Shown: positions 52,617 through 62,727, numbered from the stretch's first letter. The stretch is DNA of 64,000 nucleotides from an uncultured Methanosarcinaceae archaeon (GCA_963847185.1 CAWJYV010000007.1:448001-512000), one strand, 5' to 3'. Translations and numbers: made by a program. The notes: generated by a model from the sequence alone, not told the origin.

Positions 52617-52668
52617 TACAGTACTGTAATTTTGTCACAGTAGTATATATACACTGGCAAGTACTGTA
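52617..52668 (-). promoter_or_regulatory. palindromic operator(s) flanking the TATA box of the HTH-ferredoxin operon
   Basis: Perfect palindrome TACAGTACTGTA at 52617-52628, near copy GCAAGTACTGTA at 52657-52668, TATATATA between them. Confidence 0.6.
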
Positions 52669-52879
52669 TCATTAAGCCAAAAATAAGAAGTACTTTATTT
52701 TTTTATTCTATCTGGTTTTAAAGTTTTTTCCAAAAGAGCTTTTTTGCTTTCCAAAATAACTTTTTTTGCTTAACTTCCAGCTCATCAAAATTTACAAAAA
52801 TTACATAATTTATAACTCTAAAAAACAAAAAAGAAATAGAAGGAAAGGTTTTGTCTTTCTTTCCTATCCTCTCTAGAAT

Positions 52880-54100
52880 TTAAGCTCCAAAAGCTGTTTG
52901 TGCGATTGTATCTTCAATGTCTTTCTTTAGCTCATCCGGAATTCCCCTGATTCCTACATCCAGGAAACCACGAACGATCATACCTACTGCCTCTTCTTCC
53001 GTAAGTCCTCTGGCCATCAGGTACTCTACCTGGTCTTTGGCAATTTTACCGACTGCTGCTTCGTGGGTAAGTTCTACATCGTCAATGTTTGCTTCAAGAA
53101 CCGGGATTGCGAGCTGGCTTCCTTTTCCCAGGACAAGCCCCTTGCACTCCAGATGACCTTTAGCCCCCTTTTCATTGGCTATCATTTCTCCCCTTGCAAC
53201 TATTCTGCCGCCGATAGTGATCGTTCTTGAGATCAGTTCAGCTTTGGTGCCAGGGGCATTGAAAACAGCTCTGCTTCCAAGGTCGAGTTCAGAGCCAGGA
53301 TGGGCAATTGCTATGGTATTGAGCCTTGTTACTGCCCCTTTACCTTCGAGCTTTACAGTCGGGTAAGTCTGTACTGAGCGTACGGGTTTAAGGCAAATGT
53401 AATTGCTTACGTAAGTCCCCCCTTCTTCCACATGAATCACTGTTCTGGGACGCACTCCTATCTGCTCGGCCCAGTTGTGGATCATGGTGAAGTTCAGGGT
53501 GGCTCCTTTTTTCACGTACATTTCGGAAATTCCCAGATGTAGTCCTTCTTCTACTCCTTTCTTGGAGGTACAGCCTGTGATAATGTCAAGGCTTGCTCCT
53601 TCTTCTACGATAATTATATTGTGCACAGTCTGGGATACATTTTTACTGCCCAGCATAAGACAGGTCTGGACTGGCATTGAAGATTTCTTACCTGCAGGCA
53701 CCCTGATAAAATAGCCGTCTGCATCTTCAAGATAGGTTTTTGCCGTATATTTGTCAGCGTCTACCTGTACGAGTTTCCAGGAGTAATCTTTGAGCCACTC
53801 ATATTTTTCCATAGCTTTGTGAGTGGACATAAGTTCCACGTTTTTATCTTTCAGGGAAGAGTGTGCGACTGCATTATCCACTACTATAAGACTGCCTGAT
53901 CTGCCTTCTTCGCTTGGGACTACACCAACCTGGAGAAGAGTTCTTTTGCTTTCCTCATCAAGGGTTTTGAGATCCTCAATGGGTTTACTAACTTTGGAAC
54001 CTTCTTCAAACTCTTTCAGTTCAAAGTCTTCTCCGAAAGCTGCTTTTTTATTGACTGCACTCTCAGCTCTTTTTTTCAGGTTCAGCTCATCAGTCTGCAT
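52880..54100 (-). CDS. sufB: Fe-S cluster assembly scaffold SufB/SufD-like (SmsB type)
   Basis: QTVHNIIIVEEG, IITGC, ECKGL, HEAAVGKI..YLMARG..IVRGF. Confidence 0.92.
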   Translation of the reverse strand: MQTDELNLKKRAESAVNKKAAFGEDFELKEFEEGSKVSKPIEDLKTLDEESKRTLLQVGVVPSEEGRSGSLIVVDNAVAHSSLKDKNVELMSTHKAMEKYEWLKDYSWKLVQVDADKYTAKTYLEDADGYFIRVPAGKKSSMPVQTCLMLGSKNVSQTVHNIIIVEEGASLDIITGCTSKKGVEEGLHLGISEMYVKKGATLNFTMIHNWAEQIGVRPRTVIHVEEGGTYVSNYICLKPVRSVQTYPTVKLEGKGAVTRLNTIAIAHPGSELDLGSRAVFNAPGTKAELISRTITIGGRIVARGEMIANEKGAKGHLECKGLVLGKGSQLAIPVLEANIDDVELTHEAAVGKIAKDQVEYLMARGLTEEEAVGMIVRGFLDVGIRGIPDELKKDIEDTIAQTAFGA

Positions 54101-54831
54101 TTTATACACTCCTGGTATCCTCTCTCCTTTATTTCTTCCAGCATTTTCATGGGGTTTCCGGAACACATAACTGTCCCATTGCAAAGGATATATCCTCTAT
54201 CTGCCTGCATGTAATCCAGGATCTGACCTGTATGAGTAATAATAAGGGCTGATTTTCCTTTATTGCATCTTTCGCCCGGGCAGTCCGACCCTTCTTCTAT
54301 TAATTCTTTTATTGTTATTCCAACCTGTTCTATACTTACAAGGTCAACTCCGGATTCAGGTTCGTCCAGAAGATAGAGGCTCGGATTCTGCGCAGAAAGC
54401 TGCAGAAGCTCGGAGCGTTTGATTTCTCCTCCTGAAAAGCCAACATTAACATCTCTGTCCATAAAACGCTTCATATCGAGCTTTTCGGAAAGCTCTTCAG
54501 AATTTCTCTTTCCTTTCGACACTGCTTTTACAAGATCTTTTAATTTAATCCCGGACATGTCTGGAGGACGTTGCATCATAATTCCAAGTCCGCGACGGGC
54601 TCGCTCATCTACGGGCAGGCCTGTAATATCTTCTCCATTGAAAAGAATTCTTCCTTTTACAACCTTATACTCGCTAAAGCCCATAATTGTTCTCATCAAA
54701 GCTGATTTCCCGGCTCCATTTGGCCCGAAAAGCACATTAGTGTACCCTTTTTGGACTTCGAGGTTCACGTCATGAAGCAAAGTTTTCCCGTTGACCTCTA
54801 CAGTCAGATCTTCTATTTTCAGCATCGACAT
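54082..54831 (-). CDS. sufC: Fe-S cluster assembly ABC ATPase SufC (SmsC type)
   Basis: GPNGAGKS, NVGFSGGEIKRSE, LDEPESGVD, ITH, C-terminal CxxC. Confidence 0.92.
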   Translation of the reverse strand: MSMLKIEDLTVEVNGKTLLHDVNLEVQKGYTNVLFGPNGAGKSALMRTIMGFSEYKVVKGRILFNGEDITGLPVDERARRGLGIMMQRPPDMSGIKLKDLVKAVSKGKRNSEELSEKLDMKRFMDRDVNVGFSGGEIKRSELLQLSAQNPSLYLLDEPESGVDLVSIEQVGITIKELIEEGSDCPGERCNKGKSALIITHTGQILDYMQADRGYILCNGTVMCSGNPMKMLEEIKERGYQECIKCRLMS

Positions 54832-55139
54832 TTTCTCCCTTTATTTTTGATACGGTTCCCCTTTTTTCTTCCGTATCTCCAGAATTCACTCAAAGTACTA
54901 TTCACTTGAAGTATCAGAAAAACGGTAATAATCAGACAATTTCCGGCATCTTTGCCTAATCTCCGTTATTCTGCAAAAAGTTCTGTATCCTCTTTAGAGT
55001 GCATTCTATTTCTAATTATAGATTCTTTTAAAATTTGTTTTATCTGTTTAAAACCAGAGTTATTTAATTATTCCAGATTAGAGAGAAAAGTCAGTGCTAA
55101 AAATAAGCAATGTGCAGAAAAATTTTTAATTCTGCCAAT

Positions 55140-55802
55140 TTATTTAAGATCAAGGCATAAACCTGCTTCGATCTCGATGAATTCCAGGGGAAAAATCTCT
55201 TTTATTTTTTCTCTGTGAAAAGTGCAATGTCCTGCAGCTATGAGTTCCAGTCCTTTCAACCTTTCAAAATCCTCACTCTTGTGCAACCCTCCAAGTATTC
55301 CCCTTACTCTTCCATAGCGAAGGGCAGTATCTAAAATTGCGGCAAGACCTGGATGGGCACAGCCTGTAAGTACGTAAAGTCCACTTCCTGTGTCCAGAAT
55401 AAGGGCCTGTTCTTTTATTTTATCTCCGAGTTCCCCTGTACTTCGCACACCCTGGTAGATCTCTACAGGTTCTTTTACTTCAATAAGAGCGGCTCTTTTT
55501 TTAATTTCGTTTTTAAGATTCTCCGAAAAAGAAATCGGAACATAGACTATAATTTCAGGATTTGCCTTAAGTATCTCTGGAAGGCCGCCTATATGGTCCC
55601 AGTGCTGGTGAGAAAGAACAAGTTTCTTTATGTGCCCAGGATCAATCTCAAGTTTTTTCATGTTTTCCAGAAGAAGAAGGCCATCCCACCCAGTATCGAA
55701 AAGAAGGGTATCGTTGCCTGTCTCAACAAGAACGGAAAACCCCCAGCTTCCTATAAAATTCTGACTGGCTTTACTGTCATATACTACAGTAAGCCTTAAC
55801 AT
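55140..55802 (-). CDS. MBL-fold metallo-hydrolase (COG1237-like)
   Basis: LFDTG, SHQHWDHIGG, TGCAHPG, GGLH, GHCT. Confidence 0.88.
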   Translation of the reverse strand: MLRLTVVYDSKASQNFIGSWGFSVLVETGNDTLLFDTGWDGLLLLENMKKLEIDPGHIKKLVLSHQHWDHIGGLPEILKANPEIIVYVPISFSENLKNEIKKRAALIEVKEPVEIYQGVRSTGELGDKIKEQALILDTGSGLYVLTGCAHPGLAAILDTALRYGRVRGILGGLHKSEDFERLKGLELIAAGHCTFHREKIKEIFPLEFIEIEAGLCLDLK

Positions 55803-55811
55803 CTACTTTTC

Positions 55812-56783
55812 TCAGATTTCTGTCATGGTTCTGTATTCCAGAACCGTAGAAACCGGGTGTGTTTCAATTTTTATTCCCGATTCTTCAAGGGCACAGATGC
55901 CGTTAATTCCCCCTACAAGTGAAACTCCGAACTTCCCTGTTTCAACAGGTGCCCCATATAACAATTCATCAATTTCCCCCAGGGGGAACCACCCTCCCAA
56001 TCCTACTTTTTCAGTTGTTTTAATTATTTCGAAAGTTTTTTCATAAGCTGAGGAGTTTATCTGGCGCATATTGGCAAGAATTCTACCTTCTCCTTTATCA
56101 AGTACCTCGAGAACAGAAGTAGTTTTTCTTTTCATGAAGATCTGTATTGGATCAATAGAAGTTCCGCTGTAAGATATCAAATCCAAAAAGTGTGAAGGTT
56201 TTTGGCTTTCTATCTGGAGGATTCCTCCGTAGGCAGGTTCAACAGGAATGCCTGCTTTCAAGAGAAGCCCATCAAAAGTAACACTGCATACCGTAGCTAT
56301 TCCAACTTTTCCCGGGGGCATATATATTGATTCGTCATCTTCTTCAAAAATTTTCACACGGGAGCTTATCATATACCCTGCATGTGCAGTATAGGAAATA
56401 ACATCAATAACAGTTTCCATATCGTCTTTATCAAAATAAGAGATATTTACTGCTACTACGCCGTCACCGGTTTCGGGGTTATAGGTTGTTCTAAAAGCCA
56501 TCTCTTCTATCCGGGAAATCACGAAACCAAAACGGTCCCCGATAAGGGCGTCATTCATCTCACTTTCTCCCAGCTCGGTAAGTGTACGCCCTGCATACCC
56601 GTGTTTATGTGTGAACCCTCTTTCATCCAGGATCCTCAGATGGTAGCGGACAGCCCTCTCTCCTATATCATAGCCCCGGTTATTCAATTCGTCAGCTATA
56701 GCTCGGGCACCTATGGGTTTGTCACTTTCGTGAATCACCCTCATAATCTCAATGAGTTTTCGCTCTATTTGCGGATCCATCAT
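55812..56783 (-). CDS. nrpR: nitrogen regulatory repressor NrpR (wHTH plus NRD/DUF128), NrpRI type
   Basis: PIGARAIA..RGYDIGERAVRYHLRILDERG, TVCSVTFDGLLLKAGIP, YSGTSIDP, GGING. Confidence 0.9.
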   Translation of the reverse strand: MMDPQIERKLIEIMRVIHESDKPIGARAIADELNNRGYDIGERAVRYHLRILDERGFTHKHGYAGRTLTELGESEMNDALIGDRFGFVISRIEEMAFRTTYNPETGDGVVAVNISYFDKDDMETVIDVISYTAHAGYMISSRVKIFEEDDESIYMPPGKVGIATVCSVTFDGLLLKAGIPVEPAYGGILQIESQKPSHFLDLISYSGTSIDPIQIFMKRKTTSVLEVLDKGEGRILANMRQINSSAYEKTFEIIKTTEKVGLGGWFPLGEIDELLYGAPVETGKFGVSLVGGINGICALEESGIKIETHPVSTVLEYRTMTEI

Positions 56784-57251
56784 GTTATAACACCATTCTC
56801 CCTTTATTATAAACATGAACTTACTGGTGATCGTAAAAAAACACAAAACATGAGTTTAATTTGTTCAAGTTGCGCAATTATTTTCAGATCAGTATGAATG
56901 AATTTTCCTGGAATTCGTTCCAGGTCAACATGAGTTTATATAAATAGTTTTTGAATTCTGCCTATTCTCCTTTGGATGCTCAAGAAAGATTCTCTTTCAT
57001 TTAAATATGCAGTTATAGTGAATCTTTTCTTATTAATATAATTTGTCTATTTAGTTTTGGAATCAATCTATGAGATATTTCAGAAAAACAAATTCTACTA
57101 CTTGCTAAAAAGGTTTACTGGATGAATATTCTATAAGCTTTTTTCTTCTTCAACAATCTGGCGGCCATCTAGTTACCGGATTAATTAATTGATTGATACT
57201 TTATATCGGTGTCAGGTCAATTGATACACTAAATAAGCTTCAATTGATCTG

Positions 57252-57797
57252 TCATACCAGTTTTATTATTCCAGGTCCAGGAGAATAAAGTTCTCCTGTC
57301 TCCAAAAGTTTATCAAGAATTACATGGAGTTTTTCCCGATTTATTCCTTTTTCCAGAGCTTTCTGCCGAAGGTCTTCAACTCTTATTTCTCCATCTGCGG
57401 CTTCTAGAATTTCCAGTAATATTGATTTCTGGTCCTTTTTAAGGGGCTCATTCTCAGAAACTCTGCTATCTGAAAGCTCAAATGTTTTTTCTGTCCCCTC
57501 TCCTTCAGGTTTCAATATTCTGCATTCTTCAGCAGAAGGCTTAATCGAGAAAGTTTCACTTCCCTTTCCTCCTGAGATTTCGGCTTGCAAGCGAGTTCTA
57601 AAGGCCACTGCATCTGTCAGTTCTTCTGAAGAATGGAGGACTCTCAGTTTTCGGACCTGCAGGAGAGCACCACAGTGCTGGCAGCTAAGGGTCTTTTTTC
57701 CGATTTCTGTAATCTGAACATGCTGTCTGCATTTCGGGCACACAATAACTGCGTAGCGAGACCTTTTTTGGTTATTTCCTAGCTCCGGTTCAATCAC
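57252..57797 (-). CDS. DUF1922-like zinc-ribbon protein with a C-terminal winged-helix-like segment
   Basis: YAVIVCPKC..CQHCG; LDKLLETGELYSP. Confidence 0.7.
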   Translation of the reverse strand: MIEPELGNNQKRSRYAVIVCPKCRQHVQITEIGKKTLSCQHCGALLQVRKLRVLHSSEELTDAVAFRTRLQAEISGGKGSETFSIKPSAEECRILKPEGEGTEKTFELSDSRVSENEPLKKDQKSILLEILEAADGEIRVEDLRQKALEKGINREKLHVILDKLLETGELYSPGPGIIKLV

Positions 57798-58468
57798 TTT
57801 CCATACCTTCTCTGTCTCTTCTGAAAATCTCTTATTATTCTCAAAAGATCAAGTTTTCTGAAGTCTTTCCAGTTGACATCTGTGAAGTAGAGTTCAGAAT
57901 ATACTGACTGCCATACCAGAAAATCCGAGAGTTTCTGTCCTCCCGAACGAATCATAACATCTGGCTCATGCTTTACAAGAAGGTGTGATTCGAGCATCTT
58001 CTCATCCACCTCCTCCGGCTTTACACTTCCTACCTTTACTTCATTAAGAATGGTTAATACCGCTCTGGTAATTTCATCTCTTCCTCCAAACCCCAGGGAC
58101 ATATATACAAAAAAGTCTCTTTCCAGAGTGCTGCCGTTTAACTCTCCCTCCAGGCCGTAAATTGTATAACCTGTACCTGCAGGAAGGTGGGAAAAGCTTT
58201 CTTTCAACCGGTCTCTGAGTGTCGATGCAATTTCTGTTTTCAGCGAGGGGTCGGTCTTGAGAATATCTACGTATACGCTTACAACTTCCACCTTAAATCT
58301 TCTAAAAACTATGAGTGCGGATAGAAATTTTTCCATTCCTTCAAGGTCAAGAAGGTCGGTTTCCTTGAGTATGATCGCTATATGCCGTGGGATCTTTGAG
58401 GATGACCTTGTTATTTGCCAGGCAAGGTATCTTTCATAAAAAGGGTAAACAATAGAAAATAAATCCAT
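57794..58468 (-). CDS. cis-prenyltransferase family protein, NgBR/Nus1-like non-catalytic subunit
   Basis: PRHIAIILKE (lacks the catalytic DGNRR), EPDVMIRSGG..LSDFLVWQSVYSEL, C-terminal RYGK (RxG motif). Confidence 0.85.
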   Translation of the reverse strand: MDLFSIVYPFYERYLAWQITRSSSKIPRHIAIILKETDLLDLEGMEKFLSALIVFRRFKVEVVSVYVDILKTDPSLKTEIASTLRDRLKESFSHLPAGTGYTIYGLEGELNGSTLERDFFVYMSLGFGGRDEITRAVLTILNEVKVGSVKPEEVDEKMLESHLLVKHEPDVMIRSGGQKLSDFLVWQSVYSELYFTDVNWKDFRKLDLLRIIRDFQKRQRRYGK

Positions 58469-58581
58469 CTGGACAATATCCTCCCTGACAAGCTAAAACA
58501 ATTCAGTATTTTTTCTTTTCCGTTGTTTCAATAAAAATTTAATTAGATTGAGATTTTTTCCTGTCCATAACTTTTTTCAGT

Positions 58582-59766
58582 TTACTTTGCAGTAGATACG
58601 ATCTTAATTACATCTTCATTCTTCATCTCGTGCTTTTCTCCAAGTCTCAGCCTTGTACGCGCATCTACAGCGTACAGAAACCTGTCCCCGATCTCAGTAT
58701 GAATCTGGTAAGCAAGATCATGGCACGTAGAGCCTCTTTTCATGAGATAGGCGTCAGGAAGCATGTTTCCGGTTTTGTCGGACCATTTTCCTTCGTCTTC
58801 CACCGGATAAACAACAATAAGGTCAAGAAGCTCAAAAACAGTCCTGTTTATACATTCCTGAACACCGGTACCGCCCAGCCTTTCAATTACTTTCTGGATA
58901 GCTTCAAGCCCTTTTTTCTGCGCCTTTGTGAGTTCCTCGGTAAGAATATCGAAGTTTTTATCTCCTGGTGCGTATCTGATAATGCCACTTTTTGCTGCGG
59001 ATCTGAGTGCCAGTTCGGCTGCTGCACTTGTAGGTACCACTATTCTGTCAAGGTCCCGGAGTTTATTCAGATTTTCTCTTGGGGCAATATCTGCTTTATT
59101 TGCAGCAATGAGCAGGGGCTTGCTAATCTCCCTCATTTTGTCGCAGAGCCGAATCATGTCTTCTTCGCTCCATTTAATGTGGTCTATCCTCACAAGCCCT
59201 GTTTCTACCAGAGCTGCGTTTACATGTGACTCTCTTATTCCTGCGCCTGCAACCTGTTCTGCAATTACCACTTCGAGTTTAAGCCCTTCTGCCTGGATTT
59301 TTCTGGCAAGCTTAGTCCAGTTTCTTTCCAGAATACCGTACAGCCACATGGTAATTTCTTTGTTTAAGAATGCCACATCTTCAAGAGGATCATGATCCCC
59401 TATTTCTACAGGGTTGCCTTCTGCGTCTGTCCCGCCTGAGGCATCCACTACATGGACGATTGCTTGAGCCTGCCGGAGTTCATCCAAAAAAGTGTTTCCA
59501 AGCCCTCTTCCTTTATGCGCATCCGGGACAAGTCCTGCAACATCAATTATATCAATAGGAACTAACCTGACCCCATCCACACATTTTCCGCATTTCTTCT
59601 CCTTTTCTTTGCAGGGACATTCGGCCCTCACATAGGTAACTCCGTGATTTGCATTGATAGTTGTGAAAGGGTAATTTGCAATTTCAACTTCTGCAAGGGT
59701 AGCAGCTTTGAAAAAAGTTGATTTTCCCGCATTGGGTTTTCCTGCAAGTCCTATGGTCATCGACAT
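58582..59766 (-). CDS. ychF: Obg-family redox-regulated ATPase YchF
   Basis: GKPNAGKST, ANYPFTT, DVAGLV, ANKAD, C-terminal TGS domain. Confidence 0.92.
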   Translation of the reverse strand: MSMTIGLAGKPNAGKSTFFKAATLAEVEIANYPFTTINANHGVTYVRAECPCKEKEKKCGKCVDGVRLVPIDIIDVAGLVPDAHKGRGLGNTFLDELRQAQAIVHVVDASGGTDAEGNPVEIGDHDPLEDVAFLNKEITMWLYGILERNWTKLARKIQAEGLKLEVVIAEQVAGAGIRESHVNAALVETGLVRIDHIKWSEEDMIRLCDKMREISKPLLIAANKADIAPRENLNKLRDLDRIVVPTSAAAELALRSAAKSGIIRYAPGDKNFDILTEELTKAQKKGLEAIQKVIERLGGTGVQECINRTVFELLDLIVVYPVEDEGKWSDKTGNMLPDAYLMKRGSTCHDLAYQIHTEIGDRFLYAVDARTRLRLGEKHEMKNEDVIKIVSTAK

Positions 59767-59898
59767 GAATTATAAAAACGAACTTGTTGCATTTAATCTT
59801 TATTGATATTGATGCCAGGGAAAATGGATTTTTTCCTTTTGCTTCCATAAAGGCCGGATAAGCGAATTTTGGAGTGAACCACCTTTCGAGGAATAAGG

Positions 59899-59906
59899 TT
59901 TATATT
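59899..59906 (+). promoter_or_regulatory. TATA box for tRNA-Arg
   Basis: TTTATATT about 33 nt upstream of the mature tRNA 5' end, preceded by a purine-rich BRE-like GGAATAAGG. Confidence 0.55.
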
Positions 59907-59938
59907 CTTGAATGTGCTTATGAGTGGTGCTCGCTTGC

Positions 59939-60010
59939 GTCCCGATAGGGTAGTGGATATCCTTGAGGCCTGCGGAGCCTTAGACCTGAGTTCAAGTCTC
60001 AGTCGGGACG
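59939..60010 (+). tRNA. tRNA-Arg (anticodon GCG), no intron, CCA not encoded
   Basis: Acceptor GTCCCGA/TCGGGAC, anticodon arm GAGGC-CTGCGGA-GCCTT, T arm CTGAG-TTCAAGT-CTCAG, followed by a T-rich terminator. Confidence 0.95.
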
Positions 60011-60242
60011 TAAATTTTATTTTTGTTTTTCTTCTTACTTCATTTTTGTTTCTTTTAATTTCTCCTTTCTTCTGGTGGCTTCTGTATTTTTTTCTTTAGT
60101 TTTGCTCGTCCTTCATTCTGCTTGTCCTCTTTCTTTTCCTGAACCTCAAATTTATATTTTTGTTTCTATTCTTCTCTCCTATCAAAAAGGTAATGAATAT
60201 AAGCTGAACTTATATTATAAAGACCAAAAGATGGTGATAATT

Positions 60243-60656
60243 ATGAAGGGCAAAATTTTGATTTTACTTCTAATGATTGTGTTCTTACTCGCCTCAGGTT
60301 GCGCTGACAAGAACACAGGAACCGTACCTGAGGACTCCAATGCCTCTGCACCTGAAGCCAATGTGACAGCACAGAATGAAAATTTAAGTTCAGGATCAGG
60401 TGAAGACCATATTGTCCGCCTTGAGTATTATGAGGTCATCAGGCCATCAGAACTGGATATCAATACGGGAGATACGGTTTCCTGGTGGAGCGGCAAAAGG
60501 CAGGGGACTTACGTTCTTGTCAGTGAAGAAGGATTATTTCCGGATGAAGAACTGGCTTACAGCGTACCTTACAGTTACACCTTTAGCAAACCCGGAACCT
60601 ATCTTTTCACTGTAAAAGATGTTCCAAAGATGAATTGCACAATTAGGGTAAACTGA
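60243..60656 (+). CDS. lipoprotein with a cupredoxin-like domain
   Basis: Lipobox LASGC; PSELDINTGDTVSW..YSYTFSKPGTY..M..TIRV plastocyanin-like pattern. Confidence 0.75.
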   Translation: MKGKILILLLMIVFLLASGCADKNTGTVPEDSNASAPEANVTAQNENLSSGSGEDHIVRLEYYEVIRPSELDINTGDTVSWWSGKRQGTYVLVSEEGLFPDEELAYSVPYSYTFSKPGTYLFTVKDVPKMNCTIRVN

Positions 60657-60789
60657 AATCTTTCTATCTGACTGGAAAACCGATTTTTCCTTTTTTCCGA
60701 AGAGCTGTCTCTTAAGTGAAGGAAGGAACAGAGCTTCTTTGAGGGAGCCTGTTCCAAATTAATTTTTGTAGTTTGGGAGAAAATCTCTT

Positions 60790-61578
60790 TTATACTCTCA
60801 TAATAGGTCTTGCTATACTTTTGTAGTGATCAAAAAGTTCTTTTCCCCATTTGAGTGCGCTCTCATCAAAACTTACCAGGTTATGATTGTAATAAATGCC
60901 GCTGTTACAAAAGAGCGAGAGCGCCATGAATTTTTCCGTAACTATGCTTGATGCTATCTTCATGTTGTTATTATTACAAACATACAGCTTGGTATATTTG
61001 AGATTCAGAAAATGTTCAAGTTCTCTTTTGTAATCGTTGAGCATTCTGTCATATACGTATTCTGTGAATACCAGCGTTATATCCGTACCCTTTGCTGCGA
61101 GCTCTATACAAAGAGAAGGATATATGGGCAGGAAAAATGAAGATGAGATCATCACCTTTTCCGATTCTGAAAGATGTTTTACAACTTCTTTAGGGTATTC
61201 AAACACATGATTTCGGTCAGGGTTTACTTCAATATAGTCTCCAAGTTTCCCGATATTATCCAGAAATTCCGGGGGAATTGATGTCATATCCTGATTTATC
61301 CAGTAATCATGGTTTTTATCAAATACGTTGAATGTTTCAAGGATCGTCCTCATTTTCGGGACCAGAATTTCTCCGATACTGGAAAGTTTGTAGAGCCTGT
61401 TGCTCTCAACAACCACGTCGTGCTTCATCAGGATCTTTATCTGGGTCATTATCGGGCTTGAGCGGACATCAAGTGTATCCTTGATCTCTTCGATACTTTT
61501 AGGCCCATCCAGAAGCAGCAGAAGGAGATTTTTCCTTTTTTCTGAAAGAAAGAGAACATCCAGTAATGATGACTCCAT
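60790..61578 (-). CDS. winged-helix DUF1724 (COG4742) transcriptional regulator
   Basis: FLSEKRKNLLLLL.DGP, IPPEFL..I..LG, SALKWGKELF. Confidence 0.88.
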   Translation of the reverse strand: MESSLLDVLFLSEKRKNLLLLLLDGPKSIEEIKDTLDVRSSPIMTQIKILMKHDVVVESNRLYKLSSIGEILVPKMRTILETFNVFDKNHDYWINQDMTSIPPEFLDNIGKLGDYIEVNPDRNHVFEYPKEVVKHLSESEKVMISSSFFLPIYPSLCIELAAKGTDITLVFTEYVYDRMLNDYKRELEHFLNLKYTKLYVCNNNNMKIASSIVTEKFMALSLFCNSGIYYNHNLVSFDESALKWGKELFDHYKSIARPIMRV

Positions 61579-61941
61579 CTGATTCCCTCTCTTAATGTCT
61601 CATCCTATTAGATCTTATATTGTATATATCTTTATGCCAGATATATATCTCTATACCAGAAGCCTCTTGGCCTCGCTTACCTTTATCCCTTGCCATTATT
61701 CTTTTTTTGTGGGAAAAAGGATCTTCTAAGTGTAAACTCGGGGACATAAAGAGAATACCATTTTCACGTAACAGATTACTACTATAAAATATATAATTAT
61801 ATTTTATTATTTTTTCCTAATGTCCCCTTAAGAAAATTTATACGGCAATTTTTCTTGAGTTTTTGTTATCATAGTCTGACTTCTTGGGATTGGAATTACA
61901 CTCAAAAATAGCTGTGGGGTTCATCTGTATCCTTCCTTTAT

Positions 61942-62727
61942 TCATATTTTGTTTACCTGTCTGGAAAGTTTCTTAAAGTAATCGAAAAGTTCTTGGCCCC
62001 ATCGCAGGGCACTGGGCTCAAAACTCATAATAAATTGCTGATCGAATTTCCCGTTTTTATCAAAAAGCCCAAGAAGCATTATCCTGTCAGTCACAGTGAC
62101 TTCACTAATCTTTATTCCTTCTTTGGAGACATAAAGGCTTACATTATCCCTGCCCATTAACTCCTTTATCATATTTGAGTGCTCGTTTGAAAGATGATCC
62201 CATACAGACTGTGTAAAATTCAGGGAAAGTTCAGCATCTTTCCTGCCAAGTTCAACATATAGAGGCAGATAGGCGGGGTTGAAATACGAAGCAAAGGTTA
62301 AAACTTTCTTTGCATTAGCCATATTTTCGATAATTTCCTGAGAGGGCTCATATATATGATTCAGATCGGGTTCAATAAGGATGCAATCTCCCAGTTCTGA
62401 TATCCTTTCCAGGAGATGCCTGGGAATCGAATTCAAGTTGTGACCTACCCAGTAACAGTTGTTCTTTTCCACTACTTCAAGAGCACTTATCAGAGGCTTA
62501 ATCTTCTTGACGATAAATTCTCCCAGGACTGTGAGTTTATACATCCTGTCTTCCTGAATTATAAGATCATTATCTATCAGTTTCTTAATCTGGGGAAGAA
62601 TTGACGTAGCAGTAACATCAAGTTCGCCTCTGATTTCATCAATATTCTTTGAGCCGCTATCCAGCAATATAAGAAGGTTTTTTCTTTTATCGGAGCGGAA
62701 AACAAGATCAATAAGTGAAGAATCCAT
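61942..62727 (-). CDS. winged-helix DUF1724 (COG4742) transcriptional regulator, tandem paralog
   Basis: FRSDKRKNLLILL, ILPQIKKL, IPRHLLERISELG, SALRWGQELF. Confidence 0.88.
   Translation of the reverse strand: MDSSLIDLVFRSDKRKNLLILLDSGSKNIDEIRGELDVTATSILPQIKKLIDNDLIIQEDRMYKLTVLGEFIVKKIKPLISALEVVEKNNCYWVGHNLNSIPRHLLERISELGDCILIEPDLNHIYEPSQEIIENMANAKKVLTFASYFNPAYLPLYVELGRKDAELSLNFTQSVWDHLSNEHSNMIKELMGRDNVSLYVSKEGIKISEVTVTDRIMLLGLFDKNGKFDQQFIMSFEPSALRWGQELFDYFKKLSRQVNKI

Noticed and set aside
46560-59558. Numerous antisense or nested ORFs in the track (e.g. 47113..47592, 49116..49616, 56382..56897, 58630..59229)
   Set aside because: Shadow ORFs opposite well-supported conserved genes
59939-60010. 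tRNA-Arg as a possible integration (att) site
   Set aside because: No duplicate of its 3' end and no integrase seen in the window
59908-60099. 63-aa ORF and the hydrophobic N-terminal extension of ORF 60075..60656
   Set aside because: Overlap the tRNA-Arg and its T/C-rich terminator tract; artefacts
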